In this document: in pieces, positions 50,746 through 64,000 of the stretch
How the letters are laid out: every line of letters begins with the position of its first letter
Position numbering within the stretch: position 1 is the first letter of the stretch
Source of the DNA: Sminthopsis crassicaudata
Taxonomy: Eukaryota
Direction: 5' to 3'
Assembly: GCF_048593235.1 (NCBI RefSeq)
Contig: NC_133622.1
Location: 46,190,001-46,254,000, forward strand
DNA length: 64,000 bases
Notes under the pieces: generated by a model
Seen by the model: only the letters and a program-made list of their open reading frames with translations
Told to the model about the DNA's origin: nothing
Databases searched by the model: none
Translations under genes and position numbers: made by a program

Positions 50746-51859
50746 TGATATCCATGGTCCTGATGGCTCATTTACAATAGGAAAATAATAGTTTTTATAT
50801 TAATTCATTTATAAATCAGATCAGGTTTTATAGATTACATTGATATCATATATCAAGAAACTTGGCATTGAACTCCAGATATTGTGCAAAATACAACATT
50901 TCTAGGAAACATATATATATATATGTATGTATGTATCCAATTTGAAAAATATTACAGCTTAAATTTATGTTGTGCATAAAGGGTTCTCATGAAAGCCTTA
51001 CAAAATAGATAGTAAAACCTCAGTCCAGGTTTGTAGGGATTAAATGATGTGACAACATCTAAAGAGTGTTAAAACCAGAATAAAGACTGAGGTTTTTATC
51101 TTTTATTTCATTTTCTTTTCAGTATTTTGTAAATCTTAAAACACCACATAAATACGAATTATTGATCCTATTGTTTCCACTACAGTATAAATGATGTGAA
51201 TTCCTCTTGACTTTAATTTTGTCAACTACCAGGCTTCTGGCATGGGATCTCTAATACATTAATTGAGGACAATCAATGCCTAGATAAACTCTAAATATGT
51301 TTTGCAATTCTAGCCCATCATCAAAGAAAAAAGATGATTCTTGAATGATTCTTTTTCTTTAAATAATATAAACCAAATTCTTTCATTGCTTGAGATACTT
51401 GAATTTTTGATGTTTCTTTCTTTTAATAAGAGTTTCAGAAAAATCTTTTCAAGATTTTACAGGTCAGTAATTTCATTTTGCATGCTTAAATAATTGTGAT
51501 TTTGGAATAGCTATTCTGTTAAATGCAGGAAATGCTGTGCTTTTGCCATTATTCAAAAATTAAGAAGCAATGAATATTTTTCTTCTTTTCCTTTACCCAA
51601 TATTTCTCTCTGATCTTCTTGTTATCCTTTATAAATGAAATCGCCATGTAGCTGTTGCTGCCTAAAAATACCATATTCACACATCATCCTTTTGCATGCT
51701 ATAATATAAAATGAGTGGACAAAGCTGATTTATTGTAAAAGAAACCTCTTTGATCTACTTTTCACATATGGGTATAATGTTTCAATGTGAAATAAATGTC
51801 ATTCTTAGATTGCTATATTTACGATGTTTTTTAAAGTTAATTATAGAAAGCAAATAAGC

Positions 51860-52075
51860 TGTTACATAGCAGAATGGCTAGATCACTGGATTTGGAGTCA
51901 GGATCTGAAATATCTAAATTCCAATCCCTATTAGCTGTGTGACCTCAGAGAATTTACTTGACCTTTATTTGCCTGTTATATCATCTGTAAAATGGGCACA
52001 ATGATAACAACTACCTAGATATCAAGAGTATTGTAAAGATAAAATGAGTAGATATTTGTAAAGTGCTTTATACAT
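51860..52075 (+). mobile_element. MIR SINE
   Basis: ggatttggagtcagga...ttagctgtgtgacctc...catctgtaaaatggg...aagataaaatgag. Confidence 0.85.
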
Positions 52076-53297
52076 ATTCCAGTTATCCTTTTATTAATAG
52101 TAATCAACTGGCAAGGACATCCACAGGAGGCACGCCTCCTGAATTCTCTTTGAAGAAGGTGCTTGCTTCCCTGAATTAACTAATTTATGACAAGGATGTC
52201 ACTGCTTTAAGTGTTGGATTATTCAGCTACTATATTCATCGCCAGTGAAGAATCACTGTCTTGCTAACTTTTTCTCAGAATAGGTTGGAAAAACAAAATA
52301 TATCACTGGAAGTATTTTTTCTCAAATGAAACCCTGGTGAATGTTTATAGAGTTAATGATCCTGAATGGGGCCCTTTTTGAGTTAAATGTTAGCATTGGT
52401 TCTTTTCATAGATGTTTTTCCTCATTATAGGATGAATGGATGATATATTGTTGCAACTAATTCTCCAGATCCATGTTTTTTCATGTGTATGATGTTTACT
52501 GCAAAGTAAGAAGGAAGAAAATGATGCCCCTGGATAACAAAGTACCTTTCAAGATATGGCAAAGTAACCACTAGAGAAAAATTGTGTTTCATTGTTATTT
52601 TTGTGAAGTGTAAAGATAACTGAACAAACCTACAATATGTTTCATGCAATTTGGACAATTTCTCAAACTATTGTTCACTTTCTCAGTGATCTTAGTCAAT
52701 AGGTAACTAAGCCACCATGATTAATCTTGAGAAAACAAGGTCATGTTTAAGCAAAAGCAGTATTTGAACAGGGTTTGTGAAAATTGTGATCCTGGGATTC
52801 TTAATTCTATATTTCTTTCTTTAGTTCTTAATGAGGCATCTTAGTCTACACTCTGTACTGGGACTTACCAGACTGCCTGTACAACTGTTAGAGTTGGATC
52901 TTTTACAAAATAATGACCTTTTATAATCTTTTTTTAAAGTATCATACATTTAAATTGATGGTCTAGGAAAGGAGGGGAGGGGATGTTATTATGAATTATT
53001 TATACATTTTACATTGAACCTCACACTGACCGGAATTTTTCTTTTAACTTATTCACTAATGTAAATTACTATGTAAGTCTTGACTGTAGGTATGTTTATA
53101 TAACAGCAGGAAATATAGGATTATTTTCAGATCATAGTTTCCTCAGTATTTTTTAAATGCTAAAATAATTCAGTGATTTTGGTTAACTGAAATTTGCCTC
53201 CTCTTATGTTACCCTAGAGAATATTTGATAATAAGATTATTGTTACACTCTTTCTGTAACACCATTCCTGCCACAGACTATTCACAAATGCTCTGTG

Positions 53298-53436
53298 NNN
53301 NNNNNNNNNNNNNNNNNNNNNNNNNNNNNNNNNNNNNNNNNNNNNNNNNNNNNNNNNNNNNNNNNNNNNNNNNNNNNNNNNNNNNNNNNNNNNNNNNNNN
53401 NNNNNNNNNNNNNNNNNNNNNNNNNNNNNNNNNNNN
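53298..53436. other. Assembly gap (139 N)
   Basis: Run of N. Confidence 1.
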
Positions 53437-54199
53437 AAATCTCAGTTTTGTTACCTGAAAAAATGGAATAATAATTCCTATAGAATGTGCCAGACAATAT
53501 TATGATCAAATGAAATGATGTTTACAAACCACTTGGTAAACCTTAAAGTAGCATATAAAAAACTCCTCTCATTTTTATGAGAATGACCTTTAACTTCATT
53601 AACTCATAAGTCATAGACTAAAGCCACAACAGCTATAGCTACTTCAACAACTCTTTGGTTTTCTTACACAACTGACTTTTGCAAATCTTAATACCACCAT
53701 GGCATACAGGACATTCCCAGTTGGAAAAACTGTAGCATTGTGAAAAGGAAGAATATTTTAAAATTCGCTCCAATTTCTGCTGATTCTCAATAGTGTAAAA
53801 TCTATGGGCTTTTAAAAAATAAAAGCAGATGCTACAAATCAATCTGTTTTCAACTATTTTTCCCATCTCATTATTTTTATAGCACAGAGGTCAAAGCCAC
53901 GTTTTAACCTCACGTTTTTATATTATAAATTTCAGGTTTTTGTAATTGCAAATCATTAGGCCAGAGGAAATAAGGTATAATAATATACTGAAGATTGGAA
54001 TGGGGGAGGGATTATTATTATTATTTTCTGAACAGGAATATTTGAGTCAGACTTTTTTCCCCACAACAGTGAAACAAAGAATAGGCGATAATACTATAGA
54101 ATCCAGGGCCTCTTTACAATTGGTGAAGGGTGTTTTGCATGTCATTGCTATCTTCCACCTTCTGGGAAACTAGAAAGCCAACATAGTGTTCTGGATCTG

Positions 54200-54420
54200 A
54201 TATGAATGGCAAAATCTTCCTTAACCTTAGTGCCTTCCCTTTGAAATTATGCTCAATATATCCTCTAGCATTTCTTCTGTACATACTTTATTTGTATGTT
54301 TTTTTCTTTATTACATTGTGAACTCCTGGAGAGCAGTGAATATTTTTTTGGCGTGAGGGAGACATATTTTTATCTTTTATACTTAGCACATAGTAGGTGC
54401 TTAATAAATGTGTGTTGACA
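54200..54420 (+). mobile_element. L2 3' end
   Basis: gtgaactcctggagagcag...acttagcacatagtaggtgcttaataaatg. Confidence 0.8.
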
Positions 54421-56169
54421 AACTGGCAGTATACAAAACATTCTCCAGTGTTGTAGAAGGCCTATCCTTCCCAGAGAATCTACTTATAAAGGCTCTGTGG
54501 CATGTTGTGTGACATTGCAAAGCTACCATCTGTTCTTCAGCTGATGTGAAAAACACTCAAGCAAGCATTAAAAATGGCAATGTGCTTTCATAAAAAAATG
54601 TGCCTTCTTCCTGACACGCAGGGAGGGGAAGCAGGAATGGCTTTAGCCACCAGCTATTTCAATCCCCCCTGGCTTCACAGCTGCTTATAGTAGAAAAACT
54701 CTTGGGCTTCCGTGAACACTTTTTGCCATTAATAGCCAGCATTGGCTTTATTATTCACCAAAATTGTGCCCTGCAATTCTCAATGGCATTTAATTTGAAT
54801 TGCCTTACAGATTTTAGTTTTATTTTTTTTTAACAAATTGCTCTCCTTGGGGTAGACACTACAGTTTGATCTTAGCCAGAGAAGAATGTTACTTTAAAAA
54901 GAATGAAAGTAGCTTGCATCTTCTATTTTAGAAAATCTCAATCTTCAGTTTAGAATCTTCAGTCATATGTATTAGCTGCAACATTCTGGCTTGTTAAAAA
55001 GATGAATCAAGCAAGAGTTGCTTTGGTTTGTGGGAAAATAAGTACATAAGAAAATGGAAACATGGGCCCAGGATTGAAATACTCTCACTTCAAAATACAT
55101 GTGGAAGGGTGCTGTAGGAAGAAGCTACTGGAACCTGAGTAGTTTTGGCAAGAACCAGTTAGCTCCACTGTGGAAGCCAGAGAAATATTTGATGACAGAG
55201 TTCTGGCATGAACAACTTTTTGCACCTTTCATCATGAAAAATTCCTAGCAGCTTAATGAGCAAATATAAAAATGATATATACTAATATTACTATATCAAC
55301 CACAAGGATACTGCCATCTCTGGGTGAAATCAAATCGCTCATAAATGGTATAATACTAATGGAGAACATGAAGAGAAGAATACTTTATGAACTTTAAGCT
55401 GGAGTTTGAATCCAAGTTAGAAAAATAAAATCCTATGAATTAGTTACCATGATCAGAATGCTGAGTGCAGATTTTAGTGAGCAAGTTATGTTTATGTGTT
55501 TTAATGATGTACCCAGATGAAATAATAGTTACCTGGAGAATCTGGCTGAATGTGTGAGCTTGTAACTCCTTGTACTCCTGTAACTTCAGGGTATATATTG
55601 TTATTGACTTTGATTTGTTCTTTATGATGGTGAACCTAATTGTTGTTTGGTGTGGTGAAAGATCTGGTTCTTCCTGAGTTCTTAAAGTTTCTCACCCCCA
55701 TCATGTTTCATCAAGTAAGATAAATATCTCATTGGGAGGTCTGCTTTATTTAAAAGCATTATGAGATAAGTAACCATAGTGTGATGACATCTATCATTTT
55801 GAAAATGGAAATAGGAAACTTAGTAAAGAAAGGGATAGGCAGCACTTTTAATTTTGCTTTGTACCTACAACCTTGTTCTCCAGATTAGGAGCTTAATAAA
55901 TTTGTCAGTTTTCAAGGAAAGAATAAAATGAAGGAAAGGAACAACAACGAAAAAGAGGTAGTATGTGTCTGTAATGGATTTCATTTCAACAGCATTTTCT
56001 TAAATATTAATAATAGTCAATATTAATATAGAACTTTGTTTTGTTTGATTTATATGTGTTATTTTATTATATCCTCAAATGAGGTATTATTATCCACGTT
56101 ATACAGATAAGGAAACTGAAGCAGGTTGAAGAATTTGGAAGAGAGAAAAAATATTTAAATATGACCCTC

Positions 56170-57015
56170 TTGTTGCCTTAAAGAATTTATGATCCAATAT
56201 GAGGGGAAAAAACCATGTATATAGATTGTAATAGTAAACAGTTTATCTGCTAAAGGCCTAAAAGCAGCAAAAAAATAGATTGTAGTTTAGATCTGAGGGG
56301 GAAATTATTACTTTATAGGAAAAATCAAGTGAAATTTTATGGAGGAATGACATTTGAGTTGGGATTTAAGGGAATTTAATAGGCAAAGGGAGAGAAAGGC
56401 GTTTATTTCAGTCATAGGGAATAATGGGAGAAAAGTACAGAGATTGGAAAATACAGTTTGGGTGACAATATTTCACCCTGGCTGGAATGGACTATGATTG
56501 GAGGATAGTGATGTGAGATGAACCTGGGAAGATAAGGCAGATCTGATAGGAAACTATCATAATAACTCAGCTGGGTGGTGCTGAGGTTTTATACATGGGC
56601 TATTTTAATGAGAATAGGAGGACTTTATGGATGGAGTCAGCTTTGCTTAGGTAAAGTCAAAAAGAACTTGGGTACCTGGATATGAGAGGTGAGAGAATAA
56701 AAAATGTCGTGAAGGTTTTAAGAATCTTAAGTTGAATGAATGGTGTTATGATAACTGCAAATGGCTGTATATATAAATAAACAGTAGAAAAAAAGCAGTT
56801 TTAGGGGAAAGAATAATAAGCTTGGTTTTTTAACAAATTTTGTTGCAGAGAGTGATGGAACATACATGGACAATAACCAATAATTAGGCACTTAGAAATG
56901 TGTATGGAATTCAAGAGGGAAGGCAAGGCTAGAATAAGAAATTTGAGAATTACCTGCATAGATGATCTAAGGCAATTCGAAGAGACTTGGGATGGAAAAT
57001 GCTTTCCACATGCAA
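56170..57015 (-). mobile_element. L2 fragment, probably resuming at about 58650-59000
   Basis: Purine-rich antisense L2 (gacatttgagttgggatttaagg...atgagaggtgagagaa...aggcacttagaaatg...caaggctaga). Confidence 0.7.
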
Positions 57016-57182
57016 AGAGAAAGAGAGAATTATGGAGACTAAATGTGGATCAAAGTATAGTATTTTCATCTTTTTGTTGTCATTTTTATTTGCTTGTTTT
57101 TTTTTTCCTTGTGGCTTTTTCTCTTTTGATCTGACTTTTTTTGTACAACATGACAAATATGGAAATGTTTAAAAGGATTGCC

Positions 57183-57535
57183 CAGAGGTGATTCAGGCCA
57201 GTTCCAATAGACTTGTAGTGAAGAGAGCCATCTGCACCCAAGGACTGTGGGAACTGAGTGTAAATGACAATATAACATTTTCATCTTTTTATTGCTCTTT
57301 GCTTTTTGTTCTCATTTTTTTTTCTTTTTGATTTGATTTTTTCTTGTGCAGCATGAAAACTGTGGAACTATGAGTGGAAGAGTTGCACATGTTTAACATA
57401 TATTAGATTGTCATTTAGGGGAGTAGTAGGGGCAGGGAGAGAAGAAATTTTGGAGCACAGAGTTTTGCAAGGGTGAATGTTGAAAATCATATTTCTAAAA
57501 ATAAAAAAGTTTTAATAGGAAATTTACCCAGGAAA
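57183..57535 (+). mobile_element. Nested L1 3' end
   Basis: Flanked by degenerate 12-bp TSD aaaaggattgcc (57171-57182) / aaaagaattacc (57536-57547). Confidence 0.7.
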
Positions 57536-57651
57536 AAAAGAATTACCCATATGTAACCTATATCAGATTGCTTTTTGTCTTGGAGAAGGGGAAGGTAAGG
57601 GAGAAAAATTGGAAGACAAAGTTTTACAAAAATAAATGTTGAAAACTATCT

Positions 57652-58611
57652 CTTTTTTTGTTGTTGTTGTTGCTGCTGCAAAGGAAGGATTGTATTCGGA
57701 AGGTAAAAATAACCTGGGAAGAGAAACAAAACAAAACAAAACAAAATACAAAACAAACAAACAAAAAAAAAAACAATGCTCACAGTTTATACTCATTTCC
57801 CAGTGTTCCTTTTCTGGGTGTAGCTGATTCTGTTCATCATTGATCAATTGGAATTGGATTAGCTCTTCTCTATGTTGAAGATATACACTTCAATCAGAAT
57901 ACATCCTCATACAGTATCATTGTTGAAGTGAATCTTCTGGTTCTGCTCGTTTCACTCAGCATCAGTTGATGTAAGTCTCTCCAAGCCTCTCTGTATTCCT
58001 CCTGTTGGTTATTTCTTACAGAACAATAATATTCCATAACATTCATATACCATAATTTACCCAACCATTCTCCAATGGATGGACATCCATTCATCTTCCA
58101 GCTTCTAGGCACTGTGAAAAGGGCTGCCACAAACATTTTGGCACATACAGGTCCCTTTCCCTTCTTTAGTAGTTCCTTGGGATATAAGCCCAGTAGTAGT
58201 ACGGCTGGGTCAAAAGGTATGCACATTTTGATAACTTTTTGGGCATAATTCCAGATTGCTCTCCAGAATGGTTGGATTCTTTCACAACTCCACCAACAAT
58301 GCATCAGTGTCCCAGTTTTCCCACAGCCCCTCCAACATTCATCGTTATTTGTTCCTGTCATCTTAGCCAATCTGACAGGAGTGTAATGATACCTCAGAGT
58401 TGTCTTAATTTGCATTTCTCTGATCAATAGTGATTTGGAACACTCTTTCATATGAGTGGAAATAGTTTTAATTTTATCATCTGAAAATTGTCTGTTCATA
58501 TCCTTTGACCATTTATCAATTGGAGAATGGCTTGATTTCTTATAAATTAAAGTCAATTCTCTGTATATTTTGGAGATGAGGCTTTTATCAGAACCTTTAA
58601 CTGTAAAAATG
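57652..58611 (-). mobile_element. L1 fragment (ORF2 C-terminal 220 aa open), truncated at both ends
   Basis: ORF 57894-58556 with an intact CCHC knuckle; 11-bp TSD gaaaactatct (57641-57651 and 58612-58622). Confidence 0.95.
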
Positions 58612-60039
58612 GAAAACTATCTTTATATGTTTTTGGAAAAATATTGTTGGAAAAATTATCTTCATAGAGACAATAGATCAAACAAGGTTAGTAAATGAGA
58701 TGGCCTAAGAATCATAGGGAATCCTCATAGGAATTTAGAAAAAAAGGCTTTCAAGCCAACAAAACAGTCATTAGTGGAGAGTCCATTAAGAGCATCAAGA
58801 GGAAAATCATAAGAACATGGTGTCTAAAGTTGAGTAAAGAGTATCCAGTTTTGATGGAGCCATCAGTTTACAAACTGAGGTCAAGCTTCAAGGTCATTAA
58901 TGCTCTTTTGAAAAGACTCAGAGGGAGATAAGTAAATATGATCAAGTCAAGTTATGAAGGATCATATAGAATATGGGAGAAAGCTCTAGTTGCTAAACAC
59001 ATTTCCCTTACTCTCTTTTCTCATAGCTAAGTAGAGAGTCATATGTGTAATTAGCCCATTGACATTTCTGTCCATTCCCAATGACATATATATGGACTTT
59101 CTTTTCTTTTGGAATTATTGTAGTAAAATAAAAAAAAAAAAACTTTATGGATGCAGTTTGTTATTTGAAGTGTGATGGTAAATATGCTATGAGAATGTGA
59201 TTTGGAACTTCGTGGCTTGTCAATCCCAGGATGCAGCACCTAACCACTATTTTAAGTTACATCCCTTCAATATTAGGATTCAAGATTGAACATTACAAAA
59301 AAAAAAGGTGTTAAATGCTAGAATGAAGAATGGCAGGTCAGTCCCAAGGATATGGACAAATTCAAGGAAAGAAGAAATTAAACCAGAACTAGAAAGCAAA
59401 GTAGAAGTAACATGAATACAATTAGAATAAAAGCCTAGGAAACATAAGTTTATTGCCTCATTAGATAAATGATTTTCCCTGCTCAGTATTTTACATGTGG
59501 CATCAATGATTATAATGGTAATGATAGTTCATAATTAAACATTTCTTAAAAGTTTATGAAATATTGTCCTTTGAATTCCTTGATGTAGATAGAAAAGAAT
59601 TACTGGAAATTTTTTTTTCTTTTGGATGTCAATTTATCTTTTCATAAAATATCTGTCAGATAGGAATCAAAATCTTTTTTGGACCATTATATAAACAATA
59701 ATAGAATTTAATATTGTTAGTTCTGTTTTTAATGCCCACTATGTAGAATATGTAAAAGCTTTTTTATATGAAAGTTCTTTGTTGCTATTGTTACTTTTTG
59801 TTTTATTTTGTTTTGTTTTAGGTTTTCTTTCTTTTTTGCCTATTTACTTTTTTCACATTTCATGAGGACTTCCCTACTTTTAGTGTATGAAGATGCTAAC
59901 TAAATGAAGGGAGAAATGAGTTGAATAACGCTTTACATATCAGGGAAAAAGTATTTGGGTTAGAAAGGACAGAAAAACTATGGCTAATAGGTAATTGATG
60001 CCTAAAATAAATAAAATAATATTAAGAAATTCTAATTTT

Positions 60040-61330
60040 GATGATTTCAAGAAACCTGTGCTGGCTGAACTATTCAGAGTACTGAAAGAACTGGCAGGTG
60101 TCATTGCTGAGACTGTCGGTGATGTTTAAAAGAGTGCTTGAAATAGGATTCATTGTCATGAATTTTAAAAAAGGGAATAGAATAGAACCTGCAGATTTCA
60201 AGCCTGTAAGCTTAATTTGATTCTTAGAAACATTCTCCAATATATTATTAAACAATTGGTTAGTGAATATCCCCAAAAGGAAGTGGTGATAACAAAAATT
60301 CAGCATAGTTTTGTCAATAACAGAGAGTGATAGAAAAATCTAATTTCCTTTTCTGATGAGGAACCAGGCTGGTAGGTGAAAAGAACATTGTAGATATGAT
60401 TTACCTTGATTTTAGCAAAGCATTTGATAAAGTCTATCATGAAAAATATGGAGATATATCATTATATTAAATTATTTTTAGGTGGATATGGACCAGGAGG
60501 AATGGTCATACCTAAAAAAAAATCATTAATATGTCCATGGCCAGTTTGAAAGGAAATCTTCATGGAGAGTCCTCGGCTCTGCGGTGTTAAATGTTTTCAT
60601 CAGTCATTTGGAAAAAGGCACAGAAAGAAGCATGACCAGTTTTGTAAATTACAGAAAACTGAAAGGGTTAGGTACTATGACTGATGGCAGGATCAGGATC
60701 TAAAAGGATCTCAACAGACTAAACAATAGTCCATGTTTAATAAGGTGAAAGTTAACAGTGATATAAATTTATAAAATCTTAAAGCTGGGTTGAAAAAATC
60801 AACTTCATGAATAGGGATGATAGAGAAGCAAAGCTAAACAGCATTTCATCTGAAAAAAAGGTCAAAATGAGTCATCTATGTGATTTGACAATGAAATGTG
60901 ACGTAACTGCAATTTAGACTACTTTAAAGGAACCATAATATTTTAGATAATGAAAATGATTTTTCTCTTCTCCTGTGGCTTGCACAATTCACATTTAGAG
61001 TATTTAGTGTTCAGTGTAATTTGAAGAAATGATACTAATAAAATAGAATCTATCCAAATGAAAACAGCTGGGATGATGGATTACCCTAAAATCATCACAG
61101 TAAGTATTGGATAACTAAGTGAGGATTCCTGCTTTGGAGAAGAGAAGACTGAGGAGCTGAAACGATAGCTGGTAAAATATTTGAAAAATTGTCATGTAAA
61201 ATAAGGATTAGATTTGCTGTTTTTTGATGTCTAATGGTTGTAGCAATGATAAATTAAAACTGAAAAGAAGTAATGTCAGGAAAACAAATAAAACTTCCTA
61301 AGAAATAGAGTTGTCCAAAAGGGGGTGGAA
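60040..61330 (+). mobile_element. CR1/L3 LINE RT region, degenerate; 3' end resumes at about 61660-61830
   Basis: gatatgatttaccttgattttagcaaagcatttgataaagtctatcat = DMIYLDFSKAFDKVYH; 3' end ...ctgaggtactgtgatt. Confidence 0.85.
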
Positions 61331-61349
61331 AACATCCCTTTTCTAGTGA

Positions 61350-61354
<5 letters not shown>

Positions 61355-61418
<64 letters not shown>
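61355..61418. repeat. (TG)n microsatellite
   Basis: Direct reading. Confidence 0.97.
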
Positions 61419-61421
<3 letters not shown>

Positions 61422-63563
61422 TTACCCTCTCCCCCACCATGGAGACTGTAATGTCCTCACTGGGAGGGTTTTTTTTTTCTTTCCATCTGTGTGTCCTTAG
61501 GTCCTAGCAGAGTACCTGGCACATAGCACTTAAAAAAAAAAAAATTGACTGATTAAAATAGACTTCTGCACAACCCTAAGTGGAAAAAAACAAACAAACT
61601 AGGTAGAATATGTGAGATTTGCAGAGAAGCACATTTAGTTTTGAGGTAAAGAAAAACTGTAAGTAATATTGACAAGTAATATGGACTACTGTGTTGGAGG
61701 TAATGGGCTTCCTCTTCCTGGCAGTTTTTAAGCATTTCCCCCCCAGATATATTGGAACAGGGATTTTTATTCAAGCAGGTTGGACATGATGGCTTTTAAG
61801 AGGCTTTCCATCTCTGAGGTACTGTGATTTTAGTTTAATGAACAATAATAGCTTACATTAATATAGTAATTTATGATTTATAAATAAAGCACTTTACATA
61901 TATGAAAATCAAACACTTTACATACATTATCTCATCTGATGAATGAGTTTATGACTACTCTATGCATCCTGTTTATAACTTCATAGGCTTGGGTCATCTT
62001 GCTTTCACCTTTCTATAATCAGAAGAACTATATCTTCAGGGGGGTCTCCTTTTGAATTTTTAAAAATAAATAGTTAAAAGAGCTACTTTTTAGCAGGTCT
62101 GTGAACCAGATTCCTCAGATTTTCTGATTCTTTTTTGGCCATCTAAATTTGAGAATACACCTGAGCACTCACTACTTTTTAGCTTTAATGGGCTTGGAAG
62201 AAGGACTAAGTCCCATGCTCCAAAGGGGAAGACTTTTATACACTTTCTGGATTCCAATTCTGGAGCCATATTACAAGTTCCTCAATAGCTGGACATGGAG
62301 CCAAGAGAACAGATTAATGTGAAATTATTGTGAATTTTAGACAATTAGAGCTATGCATTCTAAAAATCTGGACCAAAGTACAACTGGATTTATCATGTTT
62401 ACTTTTCATAACCAGTTAGTTGCATATAGATGTGAAATGAGTCATTTACAGTCCAAAAAAAAACCCACAACTTTTTTTATGTCCTTGCTCTCTCCATGAC
62501 ACTACTGAGCTTTAAAACTGATGGTTTTTTTTCAAGAGAATTTTATTCTCGGGTAAGAAATGGATGCATTACTAATCTTACTTTATCTTTTCTTTTGAAT
62601 ATTAAACCATTTCTTATGGCATTTCTTTTAAGACTTCAGAATTAGAGATAAGATATGGGACACAAAACTTATTGAATATCTTGGGAGATACTGCAAATCT
62701 ATTTCAAAGTTGGGGGAAGGGAGATCACCTTATGCAGCAGTGAGTATATTGGAATAATATGATCCAGAACTAAAGCCTAAATTCTACAATGTATTTATCA
62801 TACAGAACTCCTTTGGCAATCAATTCCTAATGTTTGCTACATTTTTGGTACCATTCACATCTTATCCTATGTTGTTCACAGTCATTAAATAAAACATTTC
62901 GGATACTAGCAACTTATGTCTGGCTAGACTGGTTTCAGAACAGGGGCTGTATTACAAAATAAATGACACTGTAGTATTTCAGCAAAAGAAGTTTACACTT
63001 GTAAAATTTTAATATTTTGATGGTCTTTCTAAAACCCAAAAGACAATATCTATGAAATGCATTTTATTTTTATTAAACTGGCCCTGGATCTCCTATTAGA
63101 CTCACCTATATTTGCAAAGCATAAGGATTTGACTTTACTTTTTTTCTGCACACTAAGGGGAAAATATAATTTCCCTAGGTGTTATAATGGTTAGGTGATT
63201 AAGATTCAAGGTAGTCTGCTCTTGATTATTCATGGACTTGTTATCCAATTGGGAGATTCTTTGTTTACTGTTTCCTTTATTTATTTTTTTTTTTGATCTT
63301 TCTTGCAATGAAGAGAGAACTGGACTCTAGAGATGGAATCTTCCCCTCTCCCTGCCCTTCCTCTCCTCTCTTCTCTAATGTATTCTTCCTATTCAGTATA
63401 GAAAATTTAAAAACCATTTCCCCAAGAAATTATGTAAAATTGGAAGTGCTTGGACAGGTCATTTCATTTGTTAAATAGTAAATAAGCCTCCTTATCCACA
63501 GGTACAGCACTGCTAATACTTGTCTCATCTGACAAGGTTTTTGTGTGATTCAAACAAATAGGA

Positions 63564-63695
63564 NNNNNNNNNNNNNNNNNNNNNNNNNNNNNNNNNNNNN
63601 NNNNNNNNNNNNNNNNNNNNNNNNNNNNNNNNNNNNNNNNNNNNNNNNNNNNNNNNNNNNNNNNNNNNNNNNNNNNNNNNNNNNNNNNNNNNNNN
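63564..63695. other. Assembly gap (132 N)
   Basis: Run of N. Confidence 1.
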
Positions 63696-64000
63696 TGCAA
63701 AACAACAATACAAGGTAGGCAGAGAAAATCAAAGAAGGCAAAGCTTAAGCCAATCAATCTTTCTATTTAACAAGTGGGTTTAATGACTTCGTAGAAGGGT
63801 GGGATTAAGTAAATGATTAAAATGAGGTTTTTGGATTATCTGTGCCTTTTTAAATGTTCTCCTGTGTCCATAAATACTGGTGAATTCAGAGCTTTATGTA
63901 GTTAAAATTAGAATTCTAAAGCCACTTTTACAGGTTTATAAAGTATCTGAGATGCTTTTTTTCCTTGTAAATTTCATTTCTTGAATGCTTTGTTTTAAAT

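Larger units (their letters stand above)
57015..58645 (+). mobile_element. Old L1 3' UTR host, split by two nested L1 insertions
   Basis: Segments 57015-57182, 57548-57651 and 58623-58645 read continuously as a marsupial L1 3' UTR. Confidence 0.7.

Noticed and set aside
53639-53866. Minus-strand ORF containing WECPVCHG (RanBP2 zinc-finger-like)
   Set aside because: Lacks the conserved Asn and the second CxxC pair; surrounding peptide is not protein-like.
55100-55250. EAREIFDD (Gla-domain-like) peptide
   Set aside because: Eight-residue resemblance only, closed by a stop, with no flanking Gla motif or splice context.
1-64000. Host protein-coding gene, endogenous non-retroviral virus, tRNA, rRNA, snRNA or CRISPR array
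   Set aside because: No recognisable sequence for any of these; all long ORFs are explained by L1/RTE, simple repeats or gaps. Short real exons of a large gene could still be missed without a homology search.

Overview
AT-rich marsupial genomic DNA, probably dasyurid (inferred from the SINE and L1 3' UTR types), from a draft assembly with seven N gaps. I recognise no host protein-coding gene, tRNA or rRNA, so the window reads as intronic or intergenic. It is dominated by transposable elements. These include a young 5'-truncated L1 with an uninterrupted 1188-codon ORF2 and a perfect 16-bp TSD, several nested L1 3' fragments, and a near-full-length BovB-like RTE with an inverted 5' segment and a nested OC1-like hAT MITE. 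There is also a solo LTR with a 6-bp TSD, old L2, CR1/L3 and RTE relics, many MIR, MAR1, WSINE and RTE-derived SINEs, and microsatellites. The strongest signals not explained by known repeats are two. One is a ~290-bp inverted duplication (36902-37190 / 38080-38372) whose arms each carry an exon-like acceptor-donor unit. The other is a CpG-retaining, bulge-free 21-position hairpin at 19303-19349. Repeat names come from recalled consensus sequences, not a database search, and many repeat boundaries are approximate.
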